Notes under the pieces: model-generated
Seen by the model: the letters and a program-made list of their open reading frames with translations, nothing else
What the model was told of the DNA's origin: nothing
The model's database searches: none
Shown: positions 24,453-33,262 of the stretch, one piece after another
Layout of the letters: every line of letters begins with the position of its first letter
How positions within the stretch are numbered: position 1 is the first letter of the stretch
Position numbers and translations under genes: made by a program
IMG/VR virus record: IMGVR_UViG_3300042543_000362
Location: 1 to 62,814 of that record
Strand: one strand, 5' to 3'
Source: a virus
Taxonomy: Duplodnaviria; Caudoviricetes
Length of the DNA stretch: 62,814 bases

Positions 24453-26029
24453 GCCACCCTCCCCCACTGCCCCTTCGCCTGCCGGGCGGCGATCACGTGC
24501 CGGGCCCAGCCGCGGGGGTTCTTCATGCCCCGGCGCTTGCCGATGGCGATCAGGTCTTCGACGGTCTGGGCGCGGGATTGTTCGCGTAACAGAGGCACTC
24601 GCATGCGTTTCCGATGGCATCGACAGGAGTCCTGGAAAATGTCTTCATCATCAACAGGAAAAGGATTTTTCCTACTGATATGCCAGATTGATTCATCGTC
24701 GCTAGGCGAAAGAACAAACCACCCAGGTTCCCACTTATTAGCTTCATTCAATACTTCTATTTTTTGGCCCATCTTCAACTGCACGGTTGCATTAGAGCCC
24801 ACCTCAACCAACTCACCATCCACGTGCTGCAACGATCGCCGCTCCGGCTTGAACTCGTGGCCGCAGTCGGGACAGGCCTGGCGGGCGCTGGGCATGGCGG
24901 CGAAACATGCCGGGCAGACCTTCACGCTCGGCGCCTTCTCCCGGTCTTTCTTCGGTGTGCCCTCCAACGTCCACTCCCGCTCTTCAAGGTGGTGGCCCAG
25001 CCTCACCACGTTGCCCACGTGGTCGAGGATCACCGCCTGCTTCCCCGGCTGGGGCCTCAGGCAGCGGCCGATCATCTGCAGGTGCAGGCTCACCGACTGG
25101 GTAGGCCGCAGCAGGATGCACCCGGCCACGCTGGGCACGTCCACACCCTCGCCGATCAGCGCGCAGCTGGTGAGCACCTTCAGTCGACCGGCGCCCAAGT
25201 CCGCCAGCAGCTGCTCACGGGTGGCCGCATCCATGGTGCCGTCGATCGAGGCCGCGGCCACGCCGTTGCGCTGGAACAGGTCGGCCACCGCTTCGGCGTG
25301 CGCGACGCTGCAGCAGAACGCGATGGCCGTCCGCCCGTCGAGATACCGGCGGTAGTGCGACAGGCAGTCACCCATCGCCTGGCCTGCCTGCAGGGCCTGG
25401 CCCGCCTGGCTCATGTCGAAGTCACCCATCCGCCGACGCAGGCCGCTGGTGTCGAATCCGATCGGCGGGGCCAGCACGCGGGCCGAGGCCAGGAACCCGG
25501 CCTCGGTGAGTTCGGCGGGGGTGGGGCCCATCACCATCGCTGAGTACCACTCACCCAGGCCGCGGCCATCGCAGCGGATCGGCGTGGCGGTCACCCCCAG
25601 CACCCGAGCGGTGCGGCAGTGCTGCAGCACGCGGGCCCAGGTGCCGGCATTGCTGTGGTGCGCCTCATCGATCACCAGCAGGTCGAAGAACTCCTGCGGG
25701 ATGTGGTGCAGCCGCCTCGCCAGGGTCTGCACGGAGGCGACCTGCACCGGGCGGGACAGGTCCATGCTCCGGTTGGCGGCGATCAACCCATGCGGCACGT
25801 CGAGGGCCTCTAGGCTGGCGCTGGCCTGGCGGAGCAGCTCGGCGCGGTGGACCAGGATGCACACCCGGTTGCCGCGGGCTGCGGTCTCGCGGGTGATGTG
25901 GCTGAACAGCACGGTCTTGCCCCCGCCAGTGGGCAGCACGAACAGCACCGATCGGTGGCGGGACTGGTAGGCATGGCGGATCTCGGCGACGGCTTGGAGT
26001 TGGTAGGGGCGGAGGTTCAGGGTGGTCAC
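24449..26029 (-). CDS. SF2 DEAH-box helicase with zinc finger
   Basis: LRPYQ, PTGGGKT, IDEAHH, TATP, QMIGRCLR and CPAC...CPDC. Confidence 0.93.
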   Translation of the reverse strand: MTTLNLRPYQLQAVAEIRHAYQSRHRSVLFVLPTGGGKTVLFSHITRETAARGNRVCILVHRAELLRQASASLEALDVPHGLIAANRSMDLSRPVQVASVQTLARRLHHIPQEFFDLLVIDEAHHSNAGTWARVLQHCRTARVLGVTATPIRCDGRGLGEWYSAMVMGPTPAELTEAGFLASARVLAPPIGFDTSGLRRRMGDFDMSQAGQALQAGQAMGDCLSHYRRYLDGRTAIAFCCSVAHAEAVADLFQRNGVAAASIDGTMDAATREQLLADLGAGRLKVLTSCALIGEGVDVPSVAGCILLRPTQSVSLHLQMIGRCLRPQPGKQAVILDHVGNVVRLGHHLEEREWTLEGTPKKDREKAPSVKVCPACFAAMPSARQACPDCGHEFKPERRSLQHVDGELVEVGSNATVQLKMGQKIEVLNEANKWEPGWFVLSPSDDESIWHISRKNPFPVDDEDIFQDSCRCHRKRMRVPLLREQSRAQTVEDLIAIGKRRGMKNPRGWARHVIAARQAKGQWGRVA

Positions 26030-26379
26030 GCAGCGCCAAACCCCCTGGCGTTGGGATTATCGCAAAGGTTCAGTATTTCGCCCTTGCCAATTTCAGACTC
26101 AAGGTTTGCTTGATTGAGAAAGACGCGAGCGTTAGTTTCGCCAGCCACAACCCTAACCACCAAAACCGCAACGGCAGTTTTTACTTCACCCGTAACATCT
26201 GGGACAATCTCTAGCTCATTCAAGTCGAGATAAGGCTTGCGAATGAACATGCTGCAACGGTGTCTGCGCATTTCCCGAAGATCGCGCTTCAGAATCGCCA
26301 GAGATGGCTCTGCGATTTCCGGCTGTAGATCTCCATGGTGAACCGAGCCGTCGGGCGAGTAGATGGTGTGCTGAGTCAT
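26026..26379 (-). CDS. hypothetical protein
   Basis: AT-richer ORF coupled to the helicase start. Confidence 0.55.
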   Translation of the reverse strand: MTQHTIYSPDGSVHHGDLQPEIAEPSLAILKRDLREMRRHRCSMFIRKPYLDLNELEIVPDVTGEVKTAVAVLVVRVVAGETNARVFLNQANLESEIGKGEILNLCDNPNARGFGAA

Positions 26380-26568
26380 GGCATCAGTGATCCGAATTAA
26401 CACCACCACCCACCCCACTTGCTGCCGCCCTCAGAAACCGTTGGAGCTGGAACCAGCGACAGTCCTCGATGGGACCCGTACAGACCAGAGGCCGACTGAG
26501 ACCCACCGCCTGGCCCGGGCAGTGGTCGGCATCGTCAGGGAGTGGGGCGTGGGGGTGGTGGCTCCCAG

Positions 26569-26607
26569 ATCATACCCTGTGGGTTCCGCATCCGCACCCC
26601 TTAGGAT
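26569..26607. promoter_or_regulatory. divergent promoter pair with GGGTGC/GGAACC box
   Basis: Minus strand GGGTGCGGATGCGGAACCCACAGGGTATGAT; plus strand TAGGAT at 26602. Confidence 0.7.
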
Positions 26608-26629
26608 GGGAGAACAACAATCACCCCCG

Positions 26630-26806
26630 ATGCCCCGCTACCCGTCCCCTGAAGGCCACACCACAATCAGCCTGGAGCTGAGAACCGATCTGGTGAGCCA
26701 CCTCGACACACAGGCCCAGTACCTCGGCATGAGCAGAGCCGCATACCTCCGGCAGCTGATCGTGCGCGACACCGAACGCCAAGGCCCCGCCCCCGCCCGG
26801 GCCTGA
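26630..26806 (+). CDS. ribbon-helix-helix (CopG-like) regulator
   Basis: TTISLELRTDLVSHLDTQAQYLGMSRAAYLRQLI. Confidence 0.8.
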   Translation: MPRYPSPEGHTTISLELRTDLVSHLDTQAQYLGMSRAAYLRQLIVRDTERQGPAPARA

Positions 26807-26810
26807 CCCC

Positions 26811-29441
26811 ATGCCCCTAGACGCAGCGGACGGCAGCTGGCCCCGGCTGCTGATGGAACTGGGCGGCCTATCGCCTGAGCAGCTCACTGACACTCACCAG
26901 CCCTGCCCGAACTGCGGCGGGGAGGACCGCTACCGGTGGGACTGCGACGACGGCCCCGGAGGCTGGTTCTGCAACCAATGCGGCGGCAAGGACCGCATGG
27001 GTGGTGGCGGCAATGGCATGGACCTGCTGATGCGGGTCAAGGGTTGGGAGTTCAAGGACGCCTGCCGCAGGGTTGAGGAACACTTGGGACCGCCGCAGCC
27101 AGTGGCCGCTAAGCCGAAACCCAAGGGCCGGCCGCATCGCATCCCCGATCAGCCGCCAGCCGATGCCGCCGCCCCCGCACTGGGCCGGGCCACCGCCCAG
27201 TGGTGCTACCGCAATGCCGCTGGTGAGCAGCTGTTCTGGGTGCAGCGCATCCCCAAGCCCGACGGCAAGCTGTTCGTGCACCGGACCTGGCTGGACGGTG
27301 GCTGGCACTACCCCAGCAAGCGCGACCCGTTCAAGTCGGAATGGCCCACACCCCGGCCGCTCTACCGCCTGCCGGATTTGACAGGCAGGCCTGATGCCCC
27401 GGCGCTGATCACCGAGGGCGAGAAGGCCGCTGACGCTGCTGCTGAGCTGTTTCCTGATCACGTCTGCTTGGCCTGGTGCGGCGGCACGGGCGGCATCAAC
27501 ACCGTGGACTGGCAGGCCCTGGCGGGCCGCGACGTGACGCTCTGGCCCGATGCCGATGAGCCCGGCCGAGCGTGCATGGCGAAGGTCGCCGCCAAGCTTC
27601 TGCCCATCGCCGCATCGATGGCCATCGTTGCCCCGCCAGGGTCGGCGCCCGAAGGCTGGGACCTGGCCGATGCCACCGACTGGACCCAACGCCAGGCCGC
27701 CAACGCCCTGCGGAAGTTCGCCAAGGCCGTGGAAGCACCGGCCGAACCTGAGCCCGCGCCCTCCCCCCCGGCACCCGCGCCCGAGCCCCCGGCAGACATC
27801 CCCACGTCCCGCCCCTTCACCTGCCTGGGCTTCGACGAGGGGATTTTCTATTACCAGCCACGCAGCACCGGCCAGGTCACCGGAATATCTCGCGGCAGCC
27901 ACACCGGCACCAACCTGGTGCAGCTCGCTGAGCTGGGGTACTGGGAGGCGCTCTACCCGTCGAAGACCGGCGTGAACTGGCTGGCCGCCGCATCCTCGCT
28001 GTTCGCTGAGCAGGCCCGGGTGGGCATCTTCAGCCCTGACCGCATCCGTGGCCGTGGCGCCTGGTGGGACGCCGGCAGGTCGGTCCTGCACCTGGGCGAC
28101 CGGCTGTTGATTGATGGCGAGCTACACCCGATCGCCAAGCCGCCCCGATCGAAGTTTCACTACCAGCGCCTCGCATCAATCGACCTGCCCGACGGCATCG
28201 AGCCACTCACCGATCACCTGGGCGCCGAGCTGATCGACATCGCCTCACGGTTCCATTGGGAGGTGCCGGCCTCAGGCCTGCTGCTGGCGGGATGGATTGC
28301 TCTGGCGCCAATCTGCGGCGCCCTCCAGTGGCGTCCGCACCTGTGGTTGACCGCATCGGCCGGCTCGGGCAAGTCTGCCATCCTTGATCGGCTCGTTGGC
28401 CCGCTGATCGAATCGCTGGCGCTGTTTCCTGAGGGCAACACTACCGAGGCCTTCATCCGCCAGCAGCTCCGCTCCGATGCGGTGCCCGTGGTGTTCGATG
28501 AGGCCGAATCCAACGAGAAGGCCGACCGCCAGCGGATCCAGAACATCCTCTCGCTGGCCCGGGTCGCCAGCAGCGCCGGCCGCGGCGTGATCGGCAAGGG
28601 CGGCGCCGATGGCACTGCGCAGAGCTTCACCATTCGATCGATGTTTCTGCTGTGCTCGATTTCCACAGCCCTGAAGCAGGGCGCCGATCAATCCCGGTTC
28701 GCTCAGCTCACCCTGCGCAATCCGTCCTACCTGCCGAAGGAGCAGCGCATCGCCCACTGGTCCGCGCTGGACGCTGAGATCACCCGCCTCTGCACGCCCG
28801 AAACCGGCCACCGCCTAATGCTCCGCATGGTGCGCCAGATCCCGATCATCCGCGATTCGGTCGCCGTTTTCCGCAGGGCAGCAGCCGAGCGGTTCGACAG
28901 CCAGCGGCAGGGCGATCAGTACGGCACCCTGCTGGCCGGCGCGTGGTCGCTGATGAGTTCTAGGGCCGCCACCATTGAAGACGCCTATTGCCTCATCGAT
29001 GCCAACGACTGGGACGCCTACAAGGAACAGTCCGAGGCCGATGAGGAGCGCTGCCTGCAGCACATCCTGCAGTATCCCATGCGGATCGAATTGGAGCGGA
29101 TGGAGGTGATCGGCGGCAAGGTGTTCAACCGGGTCAGCGCCACCACGCGGACCGTGTGGGAGCTCGTTGAGGCAATGAATGGCTCAGCCGACACTCAGGA
29201 AATCCTCCCCGAGGCGGCTGAGCCTCACTTGGGCCGATTGGGCATCAGGGTCTCCGGTGGCCGGCTGATGATCGCCAACACGGCCCTGGGTCTGCAGCGC
29301 ATCCTCGCGGACACCCCATGGGCGCACAGCTGGCCCACGGTCTTGGCCCGCCTGCCCGGCGCAGAGAAGGCCGGCAAGGTCCGGTTCAAGGGCATGAGCA
29401 ACAGCAGTCGGGCCGTGTCGCTGCCGCTGCCGAAGGACTGA
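26811..29441 (+). CDS. primase-helicase (zinc ribbon + TOPRIM + P-loop), P4-alpha-like
   Basis: HQPCPNCGGEDRYRW...CNQC; ITEGEKAADA; WPDAD; SAGSGKS; FDEAE. Confidence 0.9.
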   Translation: MPLDAADGSWPRLLMELGGLSPEQLTDTHQPCPNCGGEDRYRWDCDDGPGGWFCNQCGGKDRMGGGGNGMDLLMRVKGWEFKDACRRVEEHLGPPQPVAAKPKPKGRPHRIPDQPPADAAAPALGRATAQWCYRNAAGEQLFWVQRIPKPDGKLFVHRTWLDGGWHYPSKRDPFKSEWPTPRPLYRLPDLTGRPDAPALITEGEKAADAAAELFPDHVCLAWCGGTGGINTVDWQALAGRDVTLWPDADEPGRACMAKVAAKLLPIAASMAIVAPPGSAPEGWDLADATDWTQRQAANALRKFAKAVEAPAEPEPAPSPPAPAPEPPADIPTSRPFTCLGFDEGIFYYQPRSTGQVTGISRGSHTGTNLVQLAELGYWEALYPSKTGVNWLAAASSLFAEQARVGIFSPDRIRGRGAWWDAGRSVLHLGDRLLIDGELHPIAKPPRSKFHYQRLASIDLPDGIEPLTDHLGAELIDIASRFHWEVPASGLLLAGWIALAPICGALQWRPHLWLTASAGSGKSAILDRLVGPLIESLALFPEGNTTEAFIRQQLRSDAVPVVFDEAESNEKADRQRIQNILSLARVASSAGRGVIGKGGADGTAQSFTIRSMFLLCSISTALKQGADQSRFAQLTLRNPSYLPKEQRIAHWSALDAEITRLCTPETGHRLMLRMVRQIPIIRDSVAVFRRAAAERFDSQRQGDQYGTLLAGAWSLMSSRAATIEDAYCLIDANDWDAYKEQSEADEERCLQHILQYPMRIELERMEVIGGKVFNRVSATTRTVWELVEAMNGSADTQEILPEAAEPHLGRLGIRVSGGRLMIANTALGLQRILADTPWAHSWPTVLARLPGAEKAGKVRFKGMSNSSRAVSLPLPKD

Positions 29442-29446
29442 ATCCC

Positions 29447-29727
29447 GTTCCAACCGGAACAGCGGAACAGAGGCGGAACGGCCTGAACCCAGTCGTGGAG
29501 AGGGTTTGTTCCGCTTGTTCCGCTGTTCCGCTTTTTTCCGGGGACAGCCCCATAGAGAGCAGGTGAGCTGATCACCCTGTTCCATTGGGGCAGACCCCTC
29601 TATGTATCTGTATTTCTCTTTAGAGGTGGAACAACGGAACAAAGGGGAGCCCAGGCCCGTGGTGGCCTGCTGTTTGACCCGTTCCGCTTTTTGTTCCACC
29701 CCCGGAACAGGCGGAACGGGGCGGAAC
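29447..29727. repeat. iteron cluster, probable replication origin
   Basis: 15 GGAAC/GTTCC copies in both orientations around an AT-rich core (~29598-29622), just after the primase gene. Confidence 0.75.
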
Positions 29728-29790
29728 GGGCATATCTGGTCGCTTGGTCGCACGCCAGTGTGCTACAGTTGCTTACCTGCAAATTTCCGC

Positions 29791-30450
29791 ATGGCCACCT
29801 CTGCATCGCAGACCTACATCGCTCGACTCGGGTTCCAAGACCGCGACCGCTCAAGCGAACAACACGGCCTAGCGTGCGAATACCTGTTTGAGCGGATGAT
29901 TGAACTAGAGGTTGCGCCGTTTTTTCATAAGACCAACCGAGACGATTTTGTTTATCGCATTGAAGAGGTAAAGCGTGAAATCACTACCTACGAAAGCAAC
30001 TCGTATTACAAAAACAGGCCTGAATCGCAAAAGGCTAAAGCTAAGCTTCAAGAGCTAGAACAACACTTAGAGGATTTTGACGCAAGCAGCAAGCCTTCTG
30101 ATTACATAGCAGAAGCTCGCGACCTATACAAAGTTGGCAACTGCGTAAACGTTCCGATTGTTTCGCGTTCCTTCGTCAATGGTTTCGCTGATGTCTTAAT
30201 TGATAGATATCATCATAAATGGCTTGGTGAAGTTAAAATAACAAAAGAGCCGGCTGAAAATGTATTGCAACAAATTAACTTTTATCTGAGCTATTTAGAT
30301 AACGTTGATGCTGTCTACATTCTCACCGAATACGACCCTGGTGATCTAAAACGGCTCTGCTTTGGCACGAAGATCAAGGTTTACCGCCTTGGTCAAGTCT
30401 TTCAGCAGTGGCTCGCCAGCCGGACGATGCCTGCCACCGAGGAGCTCTGA
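29791..30450 (+). CDS. PD-(D/E)XK-like nuclease
   Basis: FADVLI...GEVK...VLQQINFY; AT-rich; TACAGT upstream. Confidence 0.6.
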   Translation: MATSASQTYIARLGFQDRDRSSEQHGLACEYLFERMIELEVAPFFHKTNRDDFVYRIEEVKREITTYESNSYYKNRPESQKAKAKLQELEQHLEDFDASSKPSDYIAEARDLYKVGNCVNVPIVSRSFVNGFADVLIDRYHHKWLGEVKITKEPAENVLQQINFYLSYLDNVDAVYILTEYDPGDLKRLCFGTKIKVYRLGQVFQQWLASRTMPATEEL

Positions 30451-30602
30451 TGCCCAGCAATCTCCCCCGCCTCAACGTCGTGATGACTCCGGCTATGCGC
30501 CAATGGCTGGAGGCCCAGCGAATGCCCTGTGAGTCGGCCGCCCATGTGGTTCGCCGGATCTTGGCTCAAGCCATGGACGCGCCTCTTAAGCCGCCCGCCT
30601 AA
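30450..30602 (+). CDS. small RHH-like protein (50 aa)
   Basis: PRLNVVMTPAMRQWLEAQ...ESAAHVVRRIL. Confidence 0.6.
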   Translation: MPSNLPRLNVVMTPAMRQWLEAQRMPCESAAHVVRRILAQAMDAPLKPPA

Positions 30603-30630
30603 CAGCACCGTAACGCTCCATCCTCCCCGT

Positions 30631-30732
30631 GTGACAATCCATCAACCGGCCACCCATGGCCACCCCAGGCCGTAAGGGACGCGCTAAGGTATGGGGACAG
30701 GAGCCGAGGCGCTCCGCCACTCACTGCCAGCC
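30631..30732 (+). promoter_or_regulatory. cassette promoter B1
   Basis: GTGACAATCCATCAAC 54 bp before TAAGGT (30685); CCGTAAGGGACGCGCTAAGGTATG shared with B2. Confidence 0.7.
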
Positions 30733-31005
30733 ATGACCCGCAATCAGATCATCAAGGCCCTCAGCAAATCTGGGTTTGACATGGAAGCTGTTGCAGAATG
30801 CAATCACAGCGAAATCTTTATCGGCTACATGACAGATGGAGTGGTAGCGCTCAAGGATTACGACCGGACAGCGCAAGCTGTTGACTCCGCCGCCAAAATT
30901 CTTGGATGGGGTGGGAGTTCTTGCGCTTGGGGAGGCTTCCGTCTCTACAAGGGCTTTCAAGCAGATCCAATGGAAGGAACGATCTACGGTCGCGAGCATT
31001 ATTGA
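30733..31005 (+). CDS. hypothetical cargo protein
   Basis: First gene after B1; AT-richer. Confidence 0.65.
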   Translation: MTRNQIIKALSKSGFDMEAVAECNHSEIFIGYMTDGVVALKDYDRTAQAVDSAAKILGWGGSSCAWGGFRLYKGFQADPMEGTIYGREHY

Positions 31006-31073
31006 TCCACCGCCTAACCCACCCCACCCCGCCAGGGGCTTACCCTGGCGATCACTCCACTGCATTAACAGCT

Positions 31074-31304
31074 ATGAACGTTCAGCAACTGATTAAAGAA
31101 CTCCAGAAGTATCCGCCTGATATGCGGGTAATTCTGCAGGGGTATGAAAGCGGTTTTGATGATCTCAGCAGGCTAGAGCTTATGGAAATTGTTGTTAATT
31201 ACAATGACGACGGCCATAGTTGGTGGAATGGCAAACATGCACCCGCAAGCCAAATGCTGCCACCAACGGCGAAAGGCCATGAGCAAGCCCTGCTGATCTC
31301 CTAA
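31074..31304 (+). CDS. 'MNVQQ' family protein, paralog B (76 aa)
   Basis: Paralog of 5666..5896. Confidence 0.8.
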   Translation: MNVQQLIKELQKYPPDMRVILQGYESGFDDLSRLELMEIVVNYNDDGHSWWNGKHAPASQMLPPTAKGHEQALLIS

Positions 31305-31528
31305 TGCCTGACCCCCGCAACGCCGAACACCAGCGCCGCTGGCGAGAACGTCAAGCAGGCCGCCTGCCGCCTGTGGAGCGCCCCTGCTGCACTACCTGCG
31401 GCAAGGTCCACCGTGGCGCCCATGGCGCCCTGTGCGCCAGCTGCTGGGAGCGCATCACGCCAGAGGGCAAGGCGGCTCACTCCGAACGGGTCAGGCGCGC
31501 TCAGCGCCGCAAGCGTGACAGATTGTGA
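31304..31528 (+). CDS. small basic C4 zinc-finger protein B, putative regulator
   Basis: CTTC...LCASCW with basic flanks; paralog of 5896..6126. Confidence 0.7.
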   Translation: MPDPRNAEHQRRWRERQAGRLPPVERPCCTTCGKVHRGAHGALCASCWERITPEGKAAHSERVRRAQRRKRDRL

Positions 31529-31616
31529 ACTGGCCGCCCTGATGGTCGCCACACCGTAAGGGACGCGCTAAGGTATGTGCATCGGAGGGACGCCCTCCAC
31601 CACTCGCCAGCCAGCC
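31515..31616 (+). promoter_or_regulatory. cassette promoter B2
   Basis: GTGACAGATTGTGAAC 54 bp before TAAGGT (31569); GGAGGG/CCCTCC hairpin; CCACTCGCCAGC. Confidence 0.7.
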
Positions 31617-31967
31617 ATGACCGCCACCTTCAAGTTTTTCTGGAACGGCATCAAGGTCAACAACGGACCCCTGCAGAAAGCCAGTTTCAGCATCGGCAAC
31701 ACCCTGAACCACCCCCAAGGCACGATCACCATCTACGCCAAGAACTACCGCCGGTTCTCTGCTGAAGTGTGGGAAGCGTTCGACGTCCAGAACGATTCCG
31801 ACAGCATGACCGACTACTTCGAGTCGGACCGGATTCGCGTCCGCCCTGATCACCCCTTCTACGCTCAGGCGCTCAAGGCGGTGCATGCCTCTGATGCCCA
31901 CCACTCCAAGATGCGAGCCAAGCGGGAAGAGCGCTGGGCCCAGCGCCGCCAGCTAGCCGCCGCCTGA
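31617..31967 (+). CDS. hypothetical cargo protein with NDSDSMTDYFE motif
   Basis: First gene after B2. Confidence 0.7.
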   Translation: MTATFKFFWNGIKVNNGPLQKASFSIGNTLNHPQGTITIYAKNYRRFSAEVWEAFDVQNDSDSMTDYFESDRIRVRPDHPFYAQALKAVHASDAHHSKMRAKREERWAQRRQLAAA

Positions 31968-32017
31968 CGGCCATCCCCTACACTGCCCTCGGTGCATGGC
32001 GCATCGAGTGGACCGCG

Positions 32018-32046
32018 ACCCTCGCCCTGGCAGGCGGGGGTTTTTT
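32018..32046 (+). terminator. intrinsic terminator
   Basis: CCCTCGCC/GGCGGGGG stem plus T6. Confidence 0.8.
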
Positions 32047-32084
32047 ATGCCCGCTGGCAGACTGTGCGCAGATGCCCTGCCACC

Positions 32085-32315
32085 GTGAAGCGTGCTGCCA
32101 CCCCTTGGCATTTGCTAGACCGCTCGACCCCATGGCTGGCCTGGTGGCAGGAGCCGATCCTCAACTGGGTGTCGTCGTGGGATTCCATCGGCTGCCTGAC
32201 CGTTATCAGCGCTGCTGACCCTGACGAGTTCGCCGCCTGGGATCTGCCGACTGATCTGGACCTGCAGCGGATGGAGCTGGAGGAACTGCTGGACGTGCCG
32301 GTGGGGGAGGGGTGA
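32085..32315 (+). CDS. hypothetical protein
   Basis: GTG start; coupled to the next gene. Confidence 0.5.
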   Translation: MKRAATPWHLLDRSTPWLAWWQEPILNWVSSWDSIGCLTVISAADPDEFAAWDLPTDLDLQRMELEELLDVPVGEG

Positions 32316-33058
32316 TGTTGGAGCTCTCGATCACGACCAACATTCCCGAGAAAATCGGCAAGCTGGCGCTGCTGACGGATCTCCAGTTCCGCTATGCCGT
32401 GGCCCAAGCGATGACCGACAGCGCCAAAGCTGGACAGAAGGCCATCACCGACAGCATGAGCCGCTACATCGACCGGCCGACGCCGTTCACTCAGCGCAGC
32501 ACCTACGTGAGCTTCGCCAACCCGAACCGCATGCGGGCTGAGGTGGGCTTTAAGCAGTTCGCCACCAAGGGCACACCAGCTGGCAAGTACCTCTCAGCCA
32601 TGGCCCGTGGTGGGGACCGCTCGCACAAGCGCTCTGAGTCGGTCCTGCGCGGCGCTGGCGCCATCGGCCGCGGCCAGTACATCGTGCCCCGTCGCGAGTG
32701 GCAGGGAGACCCGTACGGCAACGTGCCACGCGGCACCATGTCGATGGTGCTGAGTCAGCTCAAGGCGTATCAGGGCAGCCTGTCCTACATGAACGCCAGC
32801 AACAGCGCCCGGTCGCAGCGCAGGCGGGCACAGGCTGGCCAGTTCTTCATGTCGCGATCAGGCCGGGCGATCCTCTACCGCCCGCCTGGCGGGGACAGCC
32901 GCGACGTGGAGACGGCCTTCATGGTGCTCGACGATGCGCCCAACCATGAGCGGCGCTTCCCGATCGTGCGGCTGCTGAATGAGGAGATCGACCGCACCTA
33001 TCCCCGGCTGATCAGGAGCAGCCTGGAGGCGGAGCTGCGGCGGGCTGGGTTCGGGTGA
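32312..33058 (+). CDS. virion morphogenesis protein (neck / minor-tail-Z-like)
   Basis: Basic protein with IDRPTPFT and DPYGNVPRG; located just before the packaging region. Confidence 0.55.
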   Translation: MMLELSITTNIPEKIGKLALLTDLQFRYAVAQAMTDSAKAGQKAITDSMSRYIDRPTPFTQRSTYVSFANPNRMRAEVGFKQFATKGTPAGKYLSAMARGGDRSHKRSESVLRGAGAIGRGQYIVPRREWQGDPYGNVPRGTMSMVLSQLKAYQGSLSYMNASNSARSQRRRAQAGQFFMSRSGRAILYRPPGGDSRDVETAFMVLDDAPNHERRFPIVRLLNEEIDRTYPRLIRSSLEAELRRAGFG

Positions 33059-33059
33059 G

Positions 33060-33200
33060 GGCGGGTGATGGCTGGGCTATGCGTCTATGCGCATAAGCGG
33101 GTCCCGTCTAGGCAAAGCCGCGCCGGGTGTATGCGAAGGTTGAACTTTTTGGCGATTTCGTTTTCGCAATAAGGTTGCACAGTTGCGAAGAACACTTGCT
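33060..33200. other. candidate cos/packaging-site region
   Basis: Non-coding gap upstream of HNH-terS-terL of lambda type; exact site not identifiable. Confidence 0.3.
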
Positions 33201-33262
33201 ACAATGGTGTGGGCCAGCGAGTTCCCGCTCCTGACCCGTGACCAACCTGCGAGCACAGGCCG

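Noticed and set aside
24590-24800. Intein in the helicase
   Set aside because: Too short, and lacks the C/S start and HN end motifs.
29447-29727. CRISPR-like array
   Set aside because: Repeats are 5-8 bp, in both orientations and irregularly spaced; no cas genes; better explained as iterons.
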